From contig JAYKHR010000045.1 in the NCBI GenBank assembly GCA_035285125.1, forward strand, positions 192,001 to 256,000: 64,000 bases of DNA, read 5' to 3'. The translations under genes and the position numbers were made by a program. How positions within the stretch are numbered: the first letter of the stretch is position 1; each line of letters starts with the position of its first letter. The notes under the pieces were generated by a model. It was not told the DNA's origin. It saw only the letters and a program-made list of their open reading frames with translations, and searched no databases. This stretch comes from Candidatus Sericytochromatia bacterium (lineage in GTDB: Bacteria > Cyanobacteriota > Sericytochromatia > S15B-MN24 > JAQBPE01). Of this stretch, positions 9,258-17,973 are shown one piece after another.

Positions 9258-9869
9258 ATGCTTGCCTCGTGGTTGAAGTCTCGGATGGAGGCCAAGCCTC
9301 GGTCCTGTCTGCTGATCGGCTGCTCGGACGCCCCGCGCGTGCTTCCCGGAGAGCCCGGGGCAGGCTGGACGGACGTCGTGCGCATCGTGAGCCACGGCAA
9401 CGTCGTGCCCTCTCATGGGGTGGCCCCCCAGCCAGTGGCCGCCGCCATCACCCACGCGGTCCAGCACCGCGGCGTGCAAGACCTGGTCGTGTGTGGCCAC
9501 ACGGCCTGCGGGGCCCTGCGGGGCTTGCTGCTGCCGCCGGACCTTGCGCCGAGTGAGGGGCACCGGGCCTGGTCGGCGCACGCGGCCCGGACCCGGGCCC
9601 TGCTGCGGGAGCACTACATGCACCTCGATGGCGAGGCCCTCTGGGAGGCTGCCGTGCAGGAGCATGTGCTGGTCCAGCTCGAGCAGCTGCTCACCCACCC
9701 GACCGTTCGCGAGGCCGTCGATGGCGGCCGCCTGAGGCTCCACGGCTGGCTCCATGACGAGCGGCAGGACCAGCTGCTCGCCTACGACCCCGCCCTGGAG
9801 CAGTTCACCACTCTGAGCACCCCCGTGCCGCCCCGTCCACCCCAGCGTGGCGGCTCTTTCCGAGACTGA
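9258..9869 (+). CDS. Beta-class carbonic anhydrase (variant active site)
   Basis: IGCSDAPRV, GNVVP, VVCGHTACGA, HVLVQLEQLLTHP, LRLHGW. Confidence 0.85.
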   Translation: MLASWLKSRMEAKPRSCLLIGCSDAPRVLPGEPGAGWTDVVRIVSHGNVVPSHGVAPQPVAAAITHAVQHRGVQDLVVCGHTACGALRGLLLPPDLAPSEGHRAWSAHAARTRALLREHYMHLDGEALWEAAVQEHVLVQLEQLLTHPTVREAVDGGRLRLHGWLHDERQDQLLAYDPALEQFTTLSTPVPPRPPQRGGSFRD

Positions 9870-9879
9870 AGGAGGTCCC

Positions 9880-11301
9880 ATGCAGGTCCATCACGCCCCC
9901 AGCGAGGCGGCCACGTCCGCCCTCACCACCGTGGCCGTGATCCCAGGAGACGGGATCGGGCCCGAGATCACCCGCGCCGTCGTGCGCGTGCTGGAGGCTG
10001 TCGGCGCGCCTCTGGCCTGGGACTGGCAGGATGCCGGCCTCTGCGCCCTCGGGAGGGCTGCCAATGGCCTGCCGTCCGACACGCTGGGGGCCATCCAGCG
10101 TCACCGCGTGGCCCTGAAAGGCCCCACGGCGACGCCCTCGGGCAGCGGCCACAAGAGCGTCAACGTCACCATCCGCAAGGCGCTGGACCTCTATGCCAAC
10201 GTCCGCCCCGTGCGATCGTTGCCGGGGGTCAGGACGCGCTACGACCAGGTCGACCTCGTGATCGTGCGGGAGAACATCGAGGACACCTACGGCGGCATCG
10301 AGCACCGGCAGTCTCCCGAGGTCGTCCAGTGTCTGAAGGTCATCACCAGGCCAGGCTCTCTTGCGGTCGCCCGCTACGCCTTCGAGCTGGCCCGCTCGTG
10401 GGGGCGCAAGCGCGTGACGTGCGTCCACAAGGCCAACATCCACAAGCTGTCGGACGGCCTGTTCCTGTCGTGCTTCCAGGAGGTGGCTGCGGAGTACCCC
10501 GACATCCAGGCCGACGACATTCTGGTCGACAACGCCTGCATGCAGCTGGTCACGGCGCCCGAGCGGTTCGACGTGCTGGTGACGCCCAACCTCTACGGTG
10601 ACATCATCTCCGACCTCGCCGCCGGGCTCGTCGGGGGCCTCGGCGTGGCCCCCGCCGGCAACATCGGGGCCGACGTGGCCGTGTTCGAGGCCGTGCACGG
10701 CACGGCCCCCGACATCGCCGGGAAGGGCCTGGCCAACCCGACGGCCCTCCTGCTCTCGGCCGTCCAGATGCTCCGCTACCTGGGCCTGCACGGGCAAGCT
10801 GAGCGGGTCGAGGTTGCCTTGCGCCAGGTGCTGGCGGAGGGGATCTGCACGCGAGACCTGGGAGGCACAGCCACCACCGACGCGTTCGCGGAGGCCATCG
10901 TGAAGGCGCTGCCAGCCGGCGTCGAGCCTTCGGGGGTCCGGCAGGCCAGCCGGGTGGTCGCGCAGGCCCGTGCCCGGGAGGTGGCGCCGCCGCCGCGCTG
11001 GGAGGTGCGGGGCGTCGACGTTTTCGTGGAGCACGGGGGGATCCCCGCGTTGCCCGAGCGGGTGGGACCATTCACCCTCTCGATGATCTCGAACCGGGGC
11101 ACCAAGGTGTTCCCGGGCCCTGCCCCGGAGATCCTGCTGGTGGACTGGCATCGGTGCCGCTACATGGCAGCCGCTGAGGTGTCCGAAGGGGACGTTCTGG
11201 AGCTGCTTGGGGAGATCAGTCAGCACTGTACGTGGATGCATGTCGAGAAGCTTCGCCATGCCGACGGGCAGCCCTGCTACAGCAAGGCCCAGGGGGAGTG
11301 A
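9880..11301 (+). CDS. icd: Isocitrate dehydrogenase, long form with C-terminal extra domain
   Basis: IPGDGIGPEI, KSVNVTIRKALDLYANVRP, RENIEDTYGGIEH, NLYGDIISD, FEAVHGTAPDIAG; C-terminal MISNRGTKVFP..DWHRCRY..YSKAQGE; GGAGG RBS. Confidence 0.9.
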   Translation: MQVHHAPSEAATSALTTVAVIPGDGIGPEITRAVVRVLEAVGAPLAWDWQDAGLCALGRAANGLPSDTLGAIQRHRVALKGPTATPSGSGHKSVNVTIRKALDLYANVRPVRSLPGVRTRYDQVDLVIVRENIEDTYGGIEHRQSPEVVQCLKVITRPGSLAVARYAFELARSWGRKRVTCVHKANIHKLSDGLFLSCFQEVAAEYPDIQADDILVDNACMQLVTAPERFDVLVTPNLYGDIISDLAAGLVGGLGVAPAGNIGADVAVFEAVHGTAPDIAGKGLANPTALLLSAVQMLRYLGLHGQAERVEVALRQVLAEGICTRDLGGTATTDAFAEAIVKALPAGVEPSGVRQASRVVAQARAREVAPPPRWEVRGVDVFVEHGGIPALPERVGPFTLSMISNRGTKVFPGPAPEILLVDWHRCRYMAAAEVSEGDVLELLGEISQHCTWMHVEKLRHADGQPCYSKAQGE

Positions 11302-11303
11302 CC

Positions 11304-12197
11304 ATGACCGCGACCACGGACCAACCGGCGGCATCGGGTCCTTGGGCCCCCTTCAGGGGACGGACGGCCGTGATGCCCACGCGTCACGGCAAGGTGGAGC
11401 TGCTCGCGCCGCTGCTCTGGGAGGGCCTCGGCCTTCGCCTCGTGGGGGTCGAGGATCTCGACACCGACGCCTTCGGAACCTTCACGGGCGAGGTGCCGCG
11501 ACCAGGGGGCCAGCTCGAGACGGCGCGGGCCAAGGCCGAGGCCGCCCTGGCGCGCACGGGGGCCGATCTCGCCCTCGCCAGCGAGGGCAGCTTCGGCCCG
11601 CACCCGGCAGCGCCCTTCTTGCAGGCGGACCGGGAGCTGCTGGTCCTCGTCGACCGTGCGACGGGCCTGGAGCTCGTGGGCGCGGCCCTCTCGCCCTCGA
11701 CCAACCTGGCCCGGGCGATTGTGTCGACCCGCGAGGAGGCCCTGGCCTTTGCCGAGCGGGTCGGCTTCCCCTCGCACGGCCTGATCGTGCGCGACGGGCC
11801 CGATGCCGAGCTGGCGGGCGTGGTCGCGAAGGGCCTGGCGACGCGGGCGGCCCTGGAGGCGGCGCTGGAGCTGGCCCTGCCAAGGGGCTTGGGACGCGCG
11901 GTGGCGATCGAGACCGACATGCGGGCCCACCTGAACCCGACGCGCCAGGCGGTGATCAGGCAGGCGGCGGGTGATCTGGTGGCGCGGGCGCTCAGCCACT
12001 GTGGCGCCTGTGGTGCCCCTGGCTTCGCCGTGGTCGAGGTGCAGCCGGGCCTGCCCTGCGGCTGGTGCGGCGAGCCCACCCGGCAGCCGCTTGCCAAGGT
12101 CGAGGGCTGCGTGCGCTGCGAACACACGCGCCGGCGCCCGTTTCCGGCCGGCGAGCGCACGGCCGATCCGGGACGCTGCGAGCTGTGCAACCCCTGA
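11304..12197 (+). CDS. DUF6671-like protein with C-terminal Cys cluster
   Basis: TRHGK, DTDAFGTFTGE, ASEGSFGPHP, ETDMRAHLNPTR, four CxxC ending CELCNP. Confidence 0.75.
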   Translation: MTATTDQPAASGPWAPFRGRTAVMPTRHGKVELLAPLLWEGLGLRLVGVEDLDTDAFGTFTGEVPRPGGQLETARAKAEAALARTGADLALASEGSFGPHPAAPFLQADRELLVLVDRATGLELVGAALSPSTNLARAIVSTREEALAFAERVGFPSHGLIVRDGPDAELAGVVAKGLATRAALEAALELALPRGLGRAVAIETDMRAHLNPTRQAVIRQAAGDLVARALSHCGACGAPGFAVVEVQPGLPCGWCGEPTRQPLAKVEGCVRCEHTRRRPFPAGERTADPGRCELCNP

Positions 12198-12337
12198 AGG
12201 CCCGCCAGGAGCCGCGCCCCGCGCGCGGCTCCTTTTGGAGTTCATCAAGTTTCCGTTAAATGGGGCACCCTGCCAGGGCTTCCGGGGGATGATCGGGTCA
12301 GATTGCGCCCAGGGCACCCCTGGATGGAGGATCCCCC

Positions 12338-13546
12338 ATGACCGACCCCGTCGCCCGCCCCGGCACCCAGCCCCTCACCCCCCCACCGCCTCGGCGCCCC
12401 CCGGCCCAGGCGCCGGCGCCTGAGGGGGCCGTGGCCCTGCCCACGGGCGACGCACCCCGGCCCGCCGAGGCCGCGCCCCGTGACAGAAGTGCGGTGGAGA
12501 CGGGTCGCCTTGTCGGCGGCCGCGCCGTGGCCGGCGCCCGCAGCGCCCAGGAGGCCGCCGAGGCCGGGGGCAAGATCATCGAGGGCGTGAACCTGCTGGG
12601 CGATGGCGACCTCCTCGGCGCGGCGGCGCAGGCCGGGGCCGGCATCGCGGGCGCCGTCGAGGGCACCCGCACGGCTGCCAACCACCTCAGCAAGGCGGGG
12701 GCGAACGCCGGCAGCGCCAGGCTCGCCGCCGTGGCGCGCCACCTGCGTGACGCCGTCGGGGAGCGCTCTGTCGTGGGGCGCACCGGCCAGGGCGCCGGGG
12801 GCACGGCCACCGCGGCGCGTGGCGCGCAAGGCGCACTGGAGGCCGGTGGCAACCTCACGGAGGGCCTCAACCAGGCGCTGGCTGGGGACGCGACGGGCGG
12901 CGGCGTCCAGGCCGCCAAGGGCTTCTCGGAGACGGTGGCGGCGGCCCGGGAGGCGGCCGGCGGCGCCCGCCGCGTCGCCCAGGCCGTCGGGGGCGAGCAG
13001 GGGCGGCTCACGCAGGCCGCCGAGCGCATGGAGCGCCACCTCGGTGAGGCCTCCCGCGTCGGCCGCCTGGGCCAGGCCGCGGGGGGGGGCGCCGCCGTGG
13101 TTGGTGGGGCGTTGAACATCGCCCGGGGCGTCGAGCAGGTGCGGCAGGGCGACCTGCTGCAGGGCGCCACCACCGCCGTGGGCGGGGCTGGCGAGGTCGC
13201 GGCGGGCACTGCCCAGGTCGCCCGAACGCTCGAGGCCGTGACGCCGGTGGCGGGCACCGTCGCGCGGGTGGCGACGCGCCTGGGCCCAGCGCTCGGGGCC
13301 ATTGCCGGCACGGTGCAGGTCGCCTCCGCCCTGACTCAGAAGCCGGAGCCCGACTACAGGGCTGCCGCGACGGGCGCGATGACCACCGTGGGCAGCGCGC
13401 TGCTGCCCTTCCCGCCGGCCGGCACGGCCGTCGGCGGCGCGCTCGTGGCGGGCGCCGCCGTGCTCGAGAACTGGAACGCCATCGCGGGGGCGGCCCGAGG
13501 GGGCTTGGGGCTGCTCTCCAACGGGTGGCGATCTCTGGTAGGCTGA
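12338..13546 (+). CDS. Gly/Ala-rich hypothetical protein with C-terminal hydrophobic hairpin
   Basis: GGAGGA RBS; Pro-rich N-terminus; C-terminal VGSALLPFPPAGTAVGGALVAGAAVL. Confidence 0.75.
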   Translation: MTDPVARPGTQPLTPPPPRRPPAQAPAPEGAVALPTGDAPRPAEAAPRDRSAVETGRLVGGRAVAGARSAQEAAEAGGKIIEGVNLLGDGDLLGAAAQAGAGIAGAVEGTRTAANHLSKAGANAGSARLAAVARHLRDAVGERSVVGRTGQGAGGTATAARGAQGALEAGGNLTEGLNQALAGDATGGGVQAAKGFSETVAAAREAAGGARRVAQAVGGEQGRLTQAAERMERHLGEASRVGRLGQAAGGGAAVVGGALNIARGVEQVRQGDLLQGATTAVGGAGEVAAGTAQVARTLEAVTPVAGTVARVATRLGPALGAIAGTVQVASALTQKPEPDYRAAATGAMTTVGSALLPFPPAGTAVGGALVAGAAVLENWNAIAGAARGGLGLLSNGWRSLVG

Positions 13547-13551
13547 TCGCC

Positions 13552-13917
13552 ATGCAAAGGGGCTGCACCGTCTTGGAACCGACCATTCCTCTCGAGGACC
13601 TCCTGGATCTCATCGCGGCCCTCGCGCCGCCGGAGAGCGCCGATCTGGTCGCGCTCTCGATCGACGCCCTGGGCCTCGGGGGCCAGGAGGCCTTTACCCG
13701 CGCCGACTTCCTGGCCGTGCTGTCCCACCTCACGCGCTACGGGCAGCGCCTCGTGCGCGACCCGGCCCAGACCCCCGGCGCCAGCGACGCGCAGCGGGCC
13801 CACATGGCCGCCATGCTCGAGGCCGTGTCAGCCCATGCCATGCCCGTTCTTCAGGACGCAGAGCCCGCGGCGCAGGACGCCGGTGGGGCCACCGTGCTGC
13901 AGGAGGCCGAGTCCTGA
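13552..13917 (+). CDS. Small acidic helical hypothetical protein
   Basis: Directly follows the previous gene; start may be ATG 13552 or TTG 13573. Confidence 0.65.
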   Translation: MQRGCTVLEPTIPLEDLLDLIAALAPPESADLVALSIDALGLGGQEAFTRADFLAVLSHLTRYGQRLVRDPAQTPGASDAQRAHMAAMLEAVSAHAMPVLQDAEPAAQDAGGATVLQEAES

Positions 13918-13926
13918 CGCCGGCGC

Positions 13927-15141
13927 TCAGCGGGGAGCGCCTGCCTCCCCGAGCTCGAGGCCCCCGCGCACGGCGGCCCAGAACTGGCTGAAGGACGGCG
14001 CGAGGCGGGCCGGGTCGGGCGTGAAGCGGGGCGCCGGGGCGCAAGTTGCGAGGCGCGGCAGCGCCTCCGCGTAGCCGGGGTTCAGCGTCGCTGTGGCCAG
14101 GTGGGCGCCGGCCAAGGGGAAGGCCGTGGCATCCCCGAGCCACACGGCGTCGCACGTCGCCGCCAGGCGCGCCAGCACGAAGCGCCAGCGCCGCTCGCTC
14201 CAGGGGAAGCGGGCGTGGAACGGCAGGTGCACCAGCCCCACGCGGCGCACGGCCCGGTCGCCTGGTGCGGCGAGGTCCCACGGGTGCACCAGGCGGCAGG
14301 CCTCGCCGGCTGCCGGAGGCCCGGCCGCGCCTGCGGCCGCCCACCAGCCCCCCCCGGTGTCCCGACCGACGGCCACCAGGCAGGCCGCTGGGGGCTCGCG
14401 GTGCAGGGTCGGCGCAGGGGTGCCGACCCGCTCCCCCGGCTCGGGCCCGACGTCGGGGCCTGCAACCGCCACCTCGCCAAGCGCCTCGTAGCTGGCGTCG
14501 ATCGCGCTGCCCGGGCTGTGCCACGCTCGCGGCGCGTAGCGCGCGACGTTGGCCGCGTTGAACAGGTAGGGCTTGTGGGAGAAGGTGCCGGCGACCCACT
14601 GCCAGCTCAACGCGTTGCTGGCGAGGTCGCCATCCAGCAGGTGCCCGTACATCCAGGCTGCCGACGCGGCCCAGTGGACCTTCCGTTGGTGCGTGAGGTA
14701 CGAGGCGACCCACATCCTGGCGTGGTTGTGGAGCGTGCCCGTGTCGTGCAGCGTCCGCACGGCCTCGTCGATGGCCGGGACGCCGCAGCGCGCCTCCAGG
14801 ACGTCAATCGGCACCGCCTGCGCGTAGCGCCCCGGGTACACCGGGCGCCGGACGTCCGCGAAGATGCCCTCCCCCAGGTGGCGCCAGACGTGGTGCCAGT
14901 ACTCCCGCCAGCCGAGCTCCATGACCAGCTTGTCTTCCGCCGTGAGCGCGTGGCGCCGGCCCAGGTCGGCCAGCACCTGCCCCGGTGTGACGAAGCCGTG
15001 GGTGATCCAGGGTGACAGGCCCGTCACCCGGCCTTCCAGCGCATTCCGCGTGCGGGCGTAGGCGATGGGGTCCACCCGCGAGAGGCGCTGCCGCCAGGCC
15101 TCGTCCGTGGGGGCCAACGCCTCGAACAGCGGCAGCTGCAT
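13927..15141 (-). CDS. Photolyase/cryptochrome FAD-binding domain protein
   Basis: YARTRN, LSPWITHG, ELGWREYW, GTLHNHARMW, LLDGDLASNALSWQWVAG; start overlaps the upstream stop codon. Confidence 0.88.
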   Translation of the reverse strand: MQLPLFEALAPTDEAWRQRLSRVDPIAYARTRNALEGRVTGLSPWITHGFVTPGQVLADLGRRHALTAEDKLVMELGWREYWHHVWRHLGEGIFADVRRPVYPGRYAQAVPIDVLEARCGVPAIDEAVRTLHDTGTLHNHARMWVASYLTHQRKVHWAASAAWMYGHLLDGDLASNALSWQWVAGTFSHKPYLFNAANVARYAPRAWHSPGSAIDASYEALGEVAVAGPDVGPEPGERVGTPAPTLHREPPAACLVAVGRDTGGGWWAAAGAAGPPAAGEACRLVHPWDLAAPGDRAVRRVGLVHLPFHARFPWSERRWRFVLARLAATCDAVWLGDATAFPLAGAHLATATLNPGYAEALPRLATCAPAPRFTPDPARLAPSFSQFWAAVRGGLELGEAGAPR

Positions 15142-16148
15142 CAGCCGACCCGCCGGGCCGGCGCCGGCAGCAGGGCCTCGTGCACGAGCTGCGCCGTGCG
15201 CCAACCCGACAGCCAGGCATCCTCCACGCGCGAGCCCAGGCACCAGTCGCCACAAGCCGCAAGCCCGAGGTCGGGCGCCATCAGCCCGTCCACCCCGAGC
15301 GGCCGGGTCACGCGCGCGTGGCGCCAGCGGTGGGTGCGGACGTGGGAGGGCGCTGGCAGCGGCTGCCCCGCGACCTCGGCCAGGGCATCCAGCAAGGCTG
15401 CCTCGACGCCGTCTGGTTGGTCCTCCAGGTGGGCCACGGACCAGGCCGCCGTGGCGTGCAGCACCCAGCGCTCCCCGGGCTTTCGCCCCGCCTTGGCACC
15501 CTCGCGTGCCGCCCACGCGAGCACGCCGTGGTCAGGCTCCCAGGCGTCGGACGCCAGCCCCAACCCCTCGTCCCACGCGGCCATGAGCGCCCAGCACGGG
15601 GCCATCTCAGCGTCCCCGGCCCGCGCGGCCAGCGCCGGGGCGACGGGGGTGAGCAGCTCCACGGCCTGCGGGGCGGGGATGGCGACGACGACGGCCTCGA
15701 ACGGGCCGACCCTGGCCTGGTCGTCCAGCTGCAGCCACCAGCCCCCCGTCTGCCGGTCCAGCGCCGTGACGCGCGCGCGACGGTGGACGGTCAGCCCCAC
15801 GGCCAGGGCCGCCGGCAGCGCGCTCATGCCAGGCGTCCCCACAAAGCGAGCGGGCGCCCCGGCCACCCGGCCCGGCCGCCGCAACCGCCACGTTGCCTGC
15901 ACGGCGTGCCCCTGCAGCACCAGCTCGCTGACCCAGGCCTCGAACTCGGGCTCGCGGGTGGTGACGAACTGTGCCCCGTGGTCGAAGTCACCGGCCTCCG
16001 CGTCGTGCCGGGTGCAGATGCGCCCGCCCGGGCCGCGACCCTTGTCGAAGACCTCGACGGCGTGCCCTGCCGCCTGCAGGCGCTGGGCGCACGAGAGTCC
16101 GGAGAGGCCGCCGCCGACGATGGCGATGCGGGACTTGGGCTGGCCCAC
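15141..16148 (-). CDS. Renalase-like NAD(P)/FAD-dependent oxidoreductase
   Basis: IVGGGLSGL, DKGRGPGGR, FDHGAQF, HRWRHAR, CGDWCLG.RVEDAWLSG. Confidence 0.9.
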   Translation of the reverse strand: MGQPKSRIAIVGGGLSGLSCAQRLQAAGHAVEVFDKGRGPGGRICTRHDAEAGDFDHGAQFVTTREPEFEAWVSELVLQGHAVQATWRLRRPGRVAGAPARFVGTPGMSALPAALAVGLTVHRRARVTALDRQTGGWWLQLDDQARVGPFEAVVVAIPAPQAVELLTPVAPALAARAGDAEMAPCWALMAAWDEGLGLASDAWEPDHGVLAWAAREGAKAGRKPGERWVLHATAAWSVAHLEDQPDGVEAALLDALAEVAGQPLPAPSHVRTHRWRHARVTRPLGVDGLMAPDLGLAACGDWCLGSRVEDAWLSGWRTAQLVHEALLPAPARRVG

Positions 16149-16173
16149 CGTGACCTCCTGTCGTCACTGAACT

Positions 16174-16211
16174 TGTACAGGGAATATACAGGACGGGAGC
16201 TGTGCGGGCAA
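16174..16211 (-). promoter_or_regulatory. Promoter of renalase-photolyase operon with overlapping 11-bp direct-repeat operator
   Basis: - strand TTGCCC-17-TATATT; TGTACA (16174) and TATACA (16185) are 11 bp apart and overlap the -10. Confidence 0.65.
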
Positions 16212-16256
16212 CCGCCGACCCGGCCCCACGGGGCGCCGAGCGTCGGGGCCCCGCGC

Positions 16257-16286
16257 AAAAACGCCGCCCGCGAGACGGGCGGCGTT
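16257..16286 (-). terminator. Rho-independent terminator of the XRE gene
   Basis: - strand AACGCCGCCCG-loop-CGGGCGGCGTTTTT. Confidence 0.8.
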
Positions 16287-16308
16287 CAGCGAACGACAAA
16301 CAGCGGGG

Positions 16309-16800
16309 CTACTTCGCCTTGCGCAGCGAGAAGCGGCGCGCCTCCTCCAGCAGGCCGTCCAGGTAGCGGAAGGTGGAGCGGCGCTCGTCGGCCGTCTGCT
16401 CCCAGAACGCGGGGTCCGACAGAAAGCTCGCGAAGATGCGGCGTGCGTTGGCCTCATCGACCAGGCGACGCTCCTCCGGGGTGGCCGGGTGCCGGCCGTG
16501 CTGTGGGGAGGGGATGGCGGGCGGGGGTGGCGCCGTGACGGGCAGGTAGCCGGCGGCGACCAGCAGCTCATCAGCGTCCACCTCCAGCGCGGCGGCCAGC
16601 CGGATGACGTCCTCGCGGTCGGGCGGGTTGCGCGCCCCACGCTCGATGCGGCACAGGTGCGAGTAAGTGAACGGCCCGCGGGCCTCCATCTCGCGGAGCG
16701 TGAGCCCCGCCTCCTCGCGGTACTGGCGCAGCAGCGCGCCGAAGCGCGTCTGGAACGGGGGTGGGTTGCCATTGCGGCGGGTTTGTCTGGTGGCTGGCAT
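16309..16800 (-). CDS. XRE-family HTH transcriptional regulator
   Basis: FGALLRQYREEAGLTLREM...SHLCRIERGARNPP. Confidence 0.85.
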   Translation of the reverse strand: MPATRQTRRNGNPPPFQTRFGALLRQYREEAGLTLREMEARGPFTYSHLCRIERGARNPPDREDVIRLAAALEVDADELLVAAGYLPVTAPPPPAIPSPQHGRHPATPEERRLVDEANARRIFASFLSDPAFWEQTADERRSTFRYLDGLLEEARRFSLRKAK

Positions 16801-16973
16801 GTCAAAAGTTTAGCAGGAAGAAATACCCCCGAAAACAGTTCCCTGCGGGGTTTGCGGCATTCCGCACAGTGATGTTTTTCGGTTTAAAATCGGCTTAAAT
16901 GCGTATGGTTCTGACCAGGACATAGGCCCGAATTGACATCTTTTACAGCGCCTTCCGCCGCTGTTGTGACCGG

Positions 16974-17175
16974 GTGCAGGCCCTGGGGTGGGGTCGAAAA
17001 GTCCTGGAGGTGCAAAGCTTGAGGGGTTCTTGAGGCGTACTGTGACAGCCTGGACCTGCCTGAGTAGAGCGGCCGTGCGCCCCGGGGCGAGGTGGGAGAC
17101 CAGGCCCCCATAACCGAGGTTTCCCCGGCCACCGTTCTGCCGTCTTGCTGGCTTCAGCTGCCCCGAACGGTGCGC
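16974..17175 (+). ncRNA. ssrS: Probable 6S RNA (ssrS/ssaA-like)
   Basis: About 200-nt intergenic segment that folds by eye into a rod (GTGCA/TGCGC, GGGGTGG/CTGCCCC, GCCTGG/CCAGGC, ACCT/AGGT) with a central bubble; GGACCTGCCTGAGTA resembles the cyanobacterial 6S apical motif as I recall it. Confidence 0.6.
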
Positions 17176-17274
17176 GAGACGCCGCCGTCGCCGGTTCTGG
17201 GGTGGGTGTCGGCGCCCCGGCACGCGGGCGGGGCGTTCGGTATCTTTACGGGGTTAAGTATTGTGAAATTCTAT

Positions 17275-17973
17275 TCAGGCGTCGAAGTAGTAGCCCCGGC
17301 GGCCCATGGTCTTGAGCCAGACCGGCTGCTTGGGGTCCTGCTCGATCTTTGCCCGCAGGTTCCTGATGTGGGCGTGGACCGCGTCCACGGTGCGTACCTG
17401 GCCCTTGAGGGCGAACAGCACCATCTCGGCGAGGGCCTCTGCCGAGTAGACCTCGCGGGGGCGCTGCACGAGGTGCGACAGCAGGGCCGTCTCGAGCCGC
17501 GTCAGGTTCACCTCCGCGCCCTGCACCGTCACCGTGAAGCGGGCCGGCGAGACCCGGAAGTCAGGGGGGCCAAACTCGGTCTTCGTCTCCTCGTCGCGCT
17601 GGCTGGCGAGCCGGAGGAAGGCCCGGATGGTGTACACGAACTCGAGCGGGTCGAAGGGCTTCACGAGGTAGCCGTCGAAGCCGGCCTTGTAGGCCTCGTA
17701 CTTGTCGACGGTCTGGTCCCGGGCCGTGAGGGCCAGCACGGGCAGGTGGCCTGCCTCCGGGGCCTCTCGCAGCGAGCGGCAAAAGGACAGGCCGTCCTCG
17801 TCGGGCAGCATCAGGTCGAGGACGAGCATGTCAGGGAAGCCTTCTCGCCACGCCTCGCGCGCCTGCTGCACGCTCTCGAAGGCCGTGGTGTCGAAGCCTT
17901 CGTTGGTGAGCAAGAAGGTCACGAGCCGCCGGATGGCGGGATCGTCTTCGATGATGGCGATGTGGTGCCCCAT
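17275..17973 (-). CDS. OmpR/PhoB-family response regulator (no adjacent kinase)
   Basis: IIEDD, LDLMLP, LTAR, KPF; wHTH LTRLE..VDAVHAHIRNLRAKIE..GRRGY. Confidence 0.92.
   Translation of the reverse strand: MGHHIAIIEDDPAIRRLVTFLLTNEGFDTTAFESVQQAREAWREGFPDMLVLDLMLPDEDGLSFCRSLREAPEAGHLPVLALTARDQTVDKYEAYKAGFDGYLVKPFDPLEFVYTIRAFLRLASQRDEETKTEFGPPDFRVSPARFTVTVQGAEVNLTRLETALLSHLVQRPREVYSAEALAEMVLFALKGQVRTVDAVHAHIRNLRAKIEQDPKQPVWLKTMGRRGYYFDA

Noticed and set aside
2693..12197. Genomic island integrated at tRNA-Leu (ars and CA/IDH genes downstream)
   Set aside because: No integrase, no downstream copy of the tRNA 3' end seen and no compositional shift; a 14-nt match near 1696-1709 is upstream, inside a CDS and GC-rich, so probably chance
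16980..17089. SRP RNA (ffs) on the - strand because of CAGGTCC
   Set aside because: Lacks the GGAA tetraloop and AGCAG of SRP domain IV; a 6S-like fold on + explains the region better
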